A DNA stretch of 64,000 bases from a virus (Duplodnaviria; Caudoviricetes). A program made the position numbers and the translations under genes. The DNA lies in IMG/VR virus record IMGVR_UViG_3300048606_000186, positions 14,844 through 78,843 of that record; one strand, 5' to 3'. Under the pieces are notes generated by a model. The model was given only the letters and a program-made list of their open reading frames with translations. It was not told where the DNA came from and did not search any database. Below, in pieces: positions 61,501 through 64,000 of this stretch. Every line of letters starts with the position of its first letter. The first letter of the stretch is position 1.

Positions 61501-64000
61501 CACTTACGAGCGCACGAACATCACCTACGATTCTGCCGGCCGCCAGCTCGGCGAGACCACTAATACGGCCCGCTGGGAAAGCGGGGGGATGAAGACCTAC
61601 GTCACCTATATCACCAACGGCTATTCCGGCGGCCTGCTCGCCGACGTGACCCAGGACACCTGGAAGGACGGCAACGACGCCGCCATCGACGACAGCAAGC
61701 AGATCTATAGCTACGCCTGGTGGGACGGGCCGATGCAATCGACGATCGGCAACGACAAGAACTGGAACGGCACCCTCTCGGTCGACTGGACGACGACCTA
61801 CACCTACGACGCGTCCGGCCGAGCCAGCTCCGCCTCGATCGCCGACGGACGCCCGCGCACCGTGACTCTGGTCACCGACCAGATCGGCATGGTGATCGAC
61901 CGCGACGAGAACGACAACCAGTCGGGCGGGGATCCGCGCACGCTTCGCTACGCTTTTGGAGGCGTGACGATGGGCGAGGTCTCGAACAACGGCACCTCCA
62001 ACATGAACTACGTCGCCGCGATCGCCGACCGGCTGCACGCGAACTGGTCCAACACCGGCGCCTTCCGGGGCGGCTCCACCTACGGCACCTCCAGCGCCGA
62101 CTTCGACCAGAGCTTCGACTCGATCAACGCCAACACCCAGGCGGGCTCGGGCTCCGCCTACACCGCCAATGGCGGCGACACGCTACGCTCGATCGCCGCG
62201 AGCATCTGGGGCGATGCCAGCCTCTGGTATCTCCTCGCCGAGGCGAACGGGCTCAGCCTCGCCACCCCGCTGGTCGCCGGTCAGTCGATCATGATCCCGA
62301 ACAAGCAGGTCAACAGCCACAACAACAGCAGCACCTTCCGGCCCTACGACCCCAACGAGGCGATCGGCGACAACAGCCCCAACGCGATCAACCCCAACAA
62401 CAGCACCACCGCCGGCAAGAAGGGCAAGAAATGCGGCATCGTTGGGCAAATCCTGATCGTGGTCGTGGCGGTGGCGGTCACCGCTCTCACGGCCGGCGCG
62501 GGCGCGATGCTTGCCGGCGCGGCCCCAGGCATTCTCTCGGGTATGGGCGCGATTGCCGCCGGCACGACCGGCCTTAGCATTGGAGCGCTGGCGGGAATCG
62601 GCGCGGTGGCGGGGGCGGTGGGCTCGATCGCCAGCCAGGCGGTCGGCATCGCCACCGGTGTCCAGTCGAAGTTCAACTGGAAGGGGGTCGCGATGGGCGC
62701 GATCTCGGGCGCGATCAGCGCGGGTATTGGGGCGGCCGGGCCGTTCGCCAATGTCGGCAGCAAGTTCGCGCAAGGGGCGCTGAACGCCGGCCTGTCGAGC
62801 GCGCTCAGCCAAGGCGTCGGTGTCGCGACCGGGCTGCAGAAGAAGTTCGACTTCGCCGGCGTCGCCGGCGCGGCCCTCGCGGGCGGCATCTCGGCTCGCC
62901 TGGGCGGCAGGACCCAATCGCTCGAGGACAACAGCTCGATCGGCAACATCTTTGCCCACACCGGTATCTCGGCCGCGAGCGGCCTCGCCAACGCCGCCGC
63001 CCGCTCGATCATCACCGGGACCAGCTTCGGCGACAATATCATGGCCGCCCTGCCCGATATCATCGGCGGGACCATCGGCAACCTGATCTCGGCCAAGCTC
63101 GCGAAATCAGCACCCCAGGGCAATACGGACTATGACGGCGACGGGGTCGTCTCAGGCTTTGAAGAGAGCGACAGCTATGCGAACGCGGTCGCCGCCGCGG
63201 AGGCCTTTGGCGATCAAGGCGAAGGAACTCCGGAAGCGTGGGAAACGGGGGACTTTGATCCGGCCGACGGCTGGTCGGGGCCTTTTTTCACCACCGATTT
63301 GGGATCCGATGGGGGCCTTTTCGACCCGTTCGGGCTTTCGGTGGACGGGCAATTGGCTCCCGTTCCGGCGGTTTTGACGACAGGCTTCGGCGAAGACGGC
63401 CTGCTGAACGGATTGGTGAGCGACGGGGTTTTCCGAACCTTCGATGGGCTCTCGATCGACCAGTCCGGGTCTCCCATCGACATGGCGTTCATTGAGGCCC
63501 TGAGCGGCCGGCCGCGTGGGTTCGTTACGAGATTTAACATAGACATAAGGGTGGAAGATATACGGGGAGGCCACGTCCAGAGCTTGCATGTCGGGAAAGA
63601 CGATAATTTCCTGAGACGCCGCCTTTCGACACCTCTACCAGGCTCGAACTCCGGCGCGTCCTACTATTTGACGGAGACGAGCACATTTACAACCGTAGAT
63701 TCTGCCAATAGGTTGATTAATGCGACCTTGTCGATGAGGGCGTTCGAGGTGGATGCATGGCTCAGAGGTAATGCATCCTTTAGCCCCGGCTTTACTGCAA
63801 ATTTCAGGACTCCAACGGGCAGAACCATGTATTCCAGGGCCGCTGTAGTTTCCAATAACAGACGCCCGGGCGGCTTCTCGACTGAGACCGTCTTTGCTGT
63901 CACGGTATTCTTGAGGCGGGCTCCTTATCTTCCTAATGGTTTCTACGTCAGGACCGCATTTCCCAGCCCCTGGCCTCCAATGTCTGGCATGGGTCAATAG
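52517..64000 (+). CDS. Giant YD/RHS-repeat protein with LysM, hydrophobic segment and C-terminal RNase A-like toxin domain (~3827 aa)
   Basis: Dozens of YD..G repeats; LysM (GDTL.SIA...WGD..LWY.LA.ANG) ~62155-62300; Gly/Ala-rich TM region ~62440-63090; GGHV...HVGK....L..RL...STF...W...V.L...Y.RTAFP; TAG at 63998-64000. Confidence 0.9.
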   Translation: MVAIVTGKGTGLERSSAWVLGSRGQLGGATMGRDGEDVYVNAANGNLVITRQDEFLIGLGPDSGIGRAYNSQANFTDDNGDNWKATPSKNIWSAGGVNVAGATVTRRDWDGSETVFNYDVAKGKYVSTDGAGAYDTIVYNGEWHWTDGTTGVDEYYSAAEGYHIKYRTDPDGNRLTYTYTGGKLVNIATQNGESTQFVYSGNNLIELNTYAPGLSTRVRYGYDGSNRLSTVTLDLSPNDNSVSDGNSYVTTYTYDGSSKRVASITQKDGSSISFTYALVGGVYKIATYTQAVAAGVTRVTSFDYSVAGRTTVTDPAGQKTTLWYNANNELTQISYPPESANVAPKTVQFQYEDDGDVKAAVLGPGNTIKYEYDERGNLRAELDSAGNLIWRTYGSKNELRTESRVVDWSPSVPGAGFETPPVGAGYQYNPTVSGVTFTGTSGITGNYSAFGFYPAAEGNQVGFVQTSSTGGAAITHTVTGLTAGKRYVVVFQMAARPGYGATPITVSLNGGALQTITPKSNAFETVAVGFIATGSSNTISFSGAVTAQDLATAIDNVRVGEAETDWYAYDSESHLRYVVTEEGRITQYEYNPNGTRKATDTYPDSAYTLTGITPTTAIDESPVTTYVSGLDKTNGQRIEYGYDGRGNVTLETAYSKLLSNGLSDTSSEKTETAYTYDAQGQLLTRQRFGSSAVEVFTYDGMGRMTTATDFAGSLTRTTYFDSVGQTVITHANGLSEISAYNKAGELITYSTSNAGANLVDLSGWPGNPASVPSGQAIVPGWANYSGYTDETQWAATIGPDGLPVVAIQSGQLDTSLEGGGNFTNEMQIDATKAYEFTWQFKLSAMDKHYVFFGLSGGSPAMVENLGDGADNDNPYFWYAYVGMQDAYLDPDKWYKVVGYVLPQGTPTSSAPLGGVYDVATGQKVLDIYSNYRWNPERAGNTVHSRFFDFYGEANQQYSTYFYQPEVRQVSTASVLGPDVSTSRYVYDNLGRLRATIDPTGRRNHMMYDSVGRKIADIDADGSVTEYRYDGSDNLTSTTRYANKLSSGQLAGMIDGNGNPTSASLASLRPTASASDQWNFQIYDRAQRLVQTIDGSGATTVFTYDGASRLVSTRSYVNKIAAGTLSNLKAWANNPNYWTYGQDGMSWYRANLNVAAAGTIDGTAAYQFTVIASDVWQAIVSGGVDALAGQTITATMTVKGVGSVSMASFGLHSSAGTGWGANADAYATIVSGPGSITYQDGAFFQVSGLSTTEATRFTITRTARQTEGITPYFYLNTSAAVAGQSEILSAPVLSSTPAAPILPTADANDRITRNFYDKDGRVIATLDGAGGLTEFVYDRAGRKTKESARAKAADSSLWATGTLAQLQSSAGTSSADRRTDYVYDSRGFLRYSVDAAGHVVKYQVDATGKLNRSVAYDGVIATASSYSSAYVLAQVTANGLDTAAGKRVTRAVFDNAGRKAFDIDAMGSVSAYAYDSLGNATKQTVYATLYSTFDDNPTFATMQSWASGQAGNAANRTSRMVYDLQGRIAYTVDAENYVSESQYDRAGRVTKTIRYAGQYTVTDSVTKESLAAQIGALPASAVVVSYAYDADGLLSDQTDGVGAVTHFTYDSFGQVIDTTVAYGTSLASTTRRSYDLLGRVVSQTAAYGTGIAATTNYAYDALGNLITATDALGYVTTRTYDSGGRVLTVSVPVDANPANNLVTTNEYDALGNLVKLSRPVQAGTANTYRYYDNLGRLAVEVDAERYWTRTNYTAFGEVASIVRSYDKVASEPTTSAQPTLPTHAQDATTSFSYDKMSRMLTVTDAMNFTETYSLDTFGQRLFITNKTGGLTQVGHDKLGRLTYQYVFQNVHTSAGAVQASAYYSLIRNYDSRGNVTWETLAGAVAEHRDTTFVYDKANRLIQAVHEPVQTLGANLITLSNVSPTESFVYNLRGELVQAVDAGGGKTISYYDALGRKTMEISAVGTVSSWAYDAASQVTSARVYETAVSIPSDPLAAPPTPTGAYRETSFGYDRAGRRLTGSVSSLQFGVMSGSTFVTTYSGGTTVTSVYDKGGNVTQEVDGLGNSAWTWFDKLGRKIAQVDRENYLTLWDVDSNGNVKSETRYATRIAATITQSTAASTLAGLAGASAADRTTSFTYDKNGRRLTETRAGVLAATVSGTGALSTATQSATITYAYNGLGLVTSKTAANGEVTNYGYDTHGRLSWVKEPTITDHTGASVRRMTENFYDALGNLVRTEINKEGGAAGDDRVTTWLYGAGGRLATLTDAVGAQRNYYYDAAGRVVAETYNRTRSDGGVVTEAIAYRYDIGGRMTAQSSAAYNGSAWVHGDATRLRYNAFGEVTGRGVTAGPDVTAVYQETYDYDLGGRLWRSNKDDGSTRLFLYDLAGNRTLTLSSTGNDLTAVSQGGFPGWIGTAGESLLANAVTTIVVYDKRGQQVASREPSRQLTSSTTATLIASRAYNAFGEVTAETDARGNTTNFTYNAMGRLTKKEAPSASWTAENGGVATARPTEDYYYDISGRLVGVTDANGNLTTRALLAGTGQDGDDALVAAEFHADGGVARTFHDAFRDARIVRSELYVSGSTTDFDEVMTYDKMGRITGVQHRGNLLTDSYGYDQLGQRIWHSNSQLGASVKERTDYDLQGRVVSQLDFTGLGLTFTYTWDGNLTTSGLGTFGGWVKATNNNGHVAYESLDFFGRTIAVNDAGGHAYTLTFNKAGQLTARSNGAGESIAFTYYNSGLVSGQTGTQGTAAYGYDAGGNRISETFSKGGVSYRNATAVYDVLGRMTSWSDTGLGGAAPASTSWEYDKAGNIRYVSTSYRELDVQGNVLGYSSTKSYWYLYDNMGRFTLTKGELDGSRGSGTVVRGAEGSLITYNKDGTRKSALYEASIQSSRWAYMSGSGPYAYEIVNDGSGSGVWQLVADGFLGERREDYVYRADGQLMQVNRADAWIDPGPPPSPWDWSPPEPIYHAPSASGALLATYSRDAIGRITYYKEYGGIDGTYERTNITYDSAGRQLGETTNTARWESGGMKTYVTYITNGYSGGLLADVTQDTWKDGNDAAIDDSKQIYSYAWWDGPMQSTIGNDKNWNGTLSVDWTTTYTYDASGRASSASIADGRPRTVTLVTDQIGMVIDRDENDNQSGGDPRTLRYAFGGVTMGEVSNNGTSNMNYVAAIADRLHANWSNTGAFRGGSTYGTSSADFDQSFDSINANTQAGSGSAYTANGGDTLRSIAASIWGDASLWYLLAEANGLSLATPLVAGQSIMIPNKQVNSHNNSSTFRPYDPNEAIGDNSPNAINPNNSTTAGKKGKKCGIVGQILIVVVAVAVTALTAGAGAMLAGAAPGILSGMGAIAAGTTGLSIGALAGIGAVAGAVGSIASQAVGIATGVQSKFNWKGVAMGAISGAISAGIGAAGPFANVGSKFAQGALNAGLSSALSQGVGVATGLQKKFDFAGVAGAALAGGISARLGGRTQSLEDNSSIGNIFAHTGISAASGLANAAARSIITGTSFGDNIMAALPDIIGGTIGNLISAKLAKSAPQGNTDYDGDGVVSGFEESDSYANAVAAAEAFGDQGEGTPEAWETGDFDPADGWSGPFFTTDLGSDGGLFDPFGLSVDGQLAPVPAVLTTGFGEDGLLNGLVSDGVFRTFDGLSIDQSGSPIDMAFIEALSGRPRGFVTRFNIDIRVEDIRGGHVQSLHVGKDDNFLRRRLSTPLPGSNSGASYYLTETSTFTTVDSANRLINATLSMRAFEVDAWLRGNASFSPGFTANFRTPTGRTMYSRAAVVSNNRRPGGFSTETVFAVTVFLRRAPYLPNGFYVRTAFPSPWPPMSGMGQ

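Noticed and set aside
52580-62959. Very long minus-strand ORFs (e.g. 52580-55225, 55238-58591, 59687-62038) and similar ones at 5265-6677, 15544-17016, 44314-46176
   Set aside because: Antisense shadows of GC-rich genes; no family motifs, and the opposite strand has a clear protein

Overview
GC-rich alphaproteobacterial (probably sphingomonad; inference from host-like genes such as gapR) DNA. Bases 1-52348 are the right-hand ~52 kb of an integrated, lambda-type-cos siphovirus prophage whose gene order resembles Chi-like phages (Casjensviridae). Layout: rightward tail, lysis and T5-A1-like genes (1-21809); a long leftward early/accessory region (21813-39701) with two DNA methyltransferases, gapR, dNMP kinase, HD nucleotidase and a Fic/QueD/MazG/5hmU-kinase-like cluster; a putative cos site (40067-40078) and repeat array; leftward primase-helicase and Cro-like genes; a rightward replication operon (DUF2800, DUF2815 SSB, exonuclease, family-B polymerase, helicase, VRR-NUC); an XRE repressor; and attR, the 3' end of a tRNA-Leu (52324-52348). 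After attR lies one 3.8-kaa YD/RHS-repeat LysM protein with a C-terminal RNase-A-like toxin domain, whose stop codon is the last three bases. Head genes, terminase and integrase are not in the window. Most notable: (i) a 19-bp operator-like motif at 14 intergenic sites across the whole prophage, always oriented with transcription (stoperator-like); (ii) a free-standing single copy of the tail-fibre repeat domain directly behind the repressor; (iii) a shared -LG C-terminus on many unrelated phage proteins; (iv) an incomplete, mixed nucleotide-modification cluster. All family assignments are from recalled motifs, not database searches.
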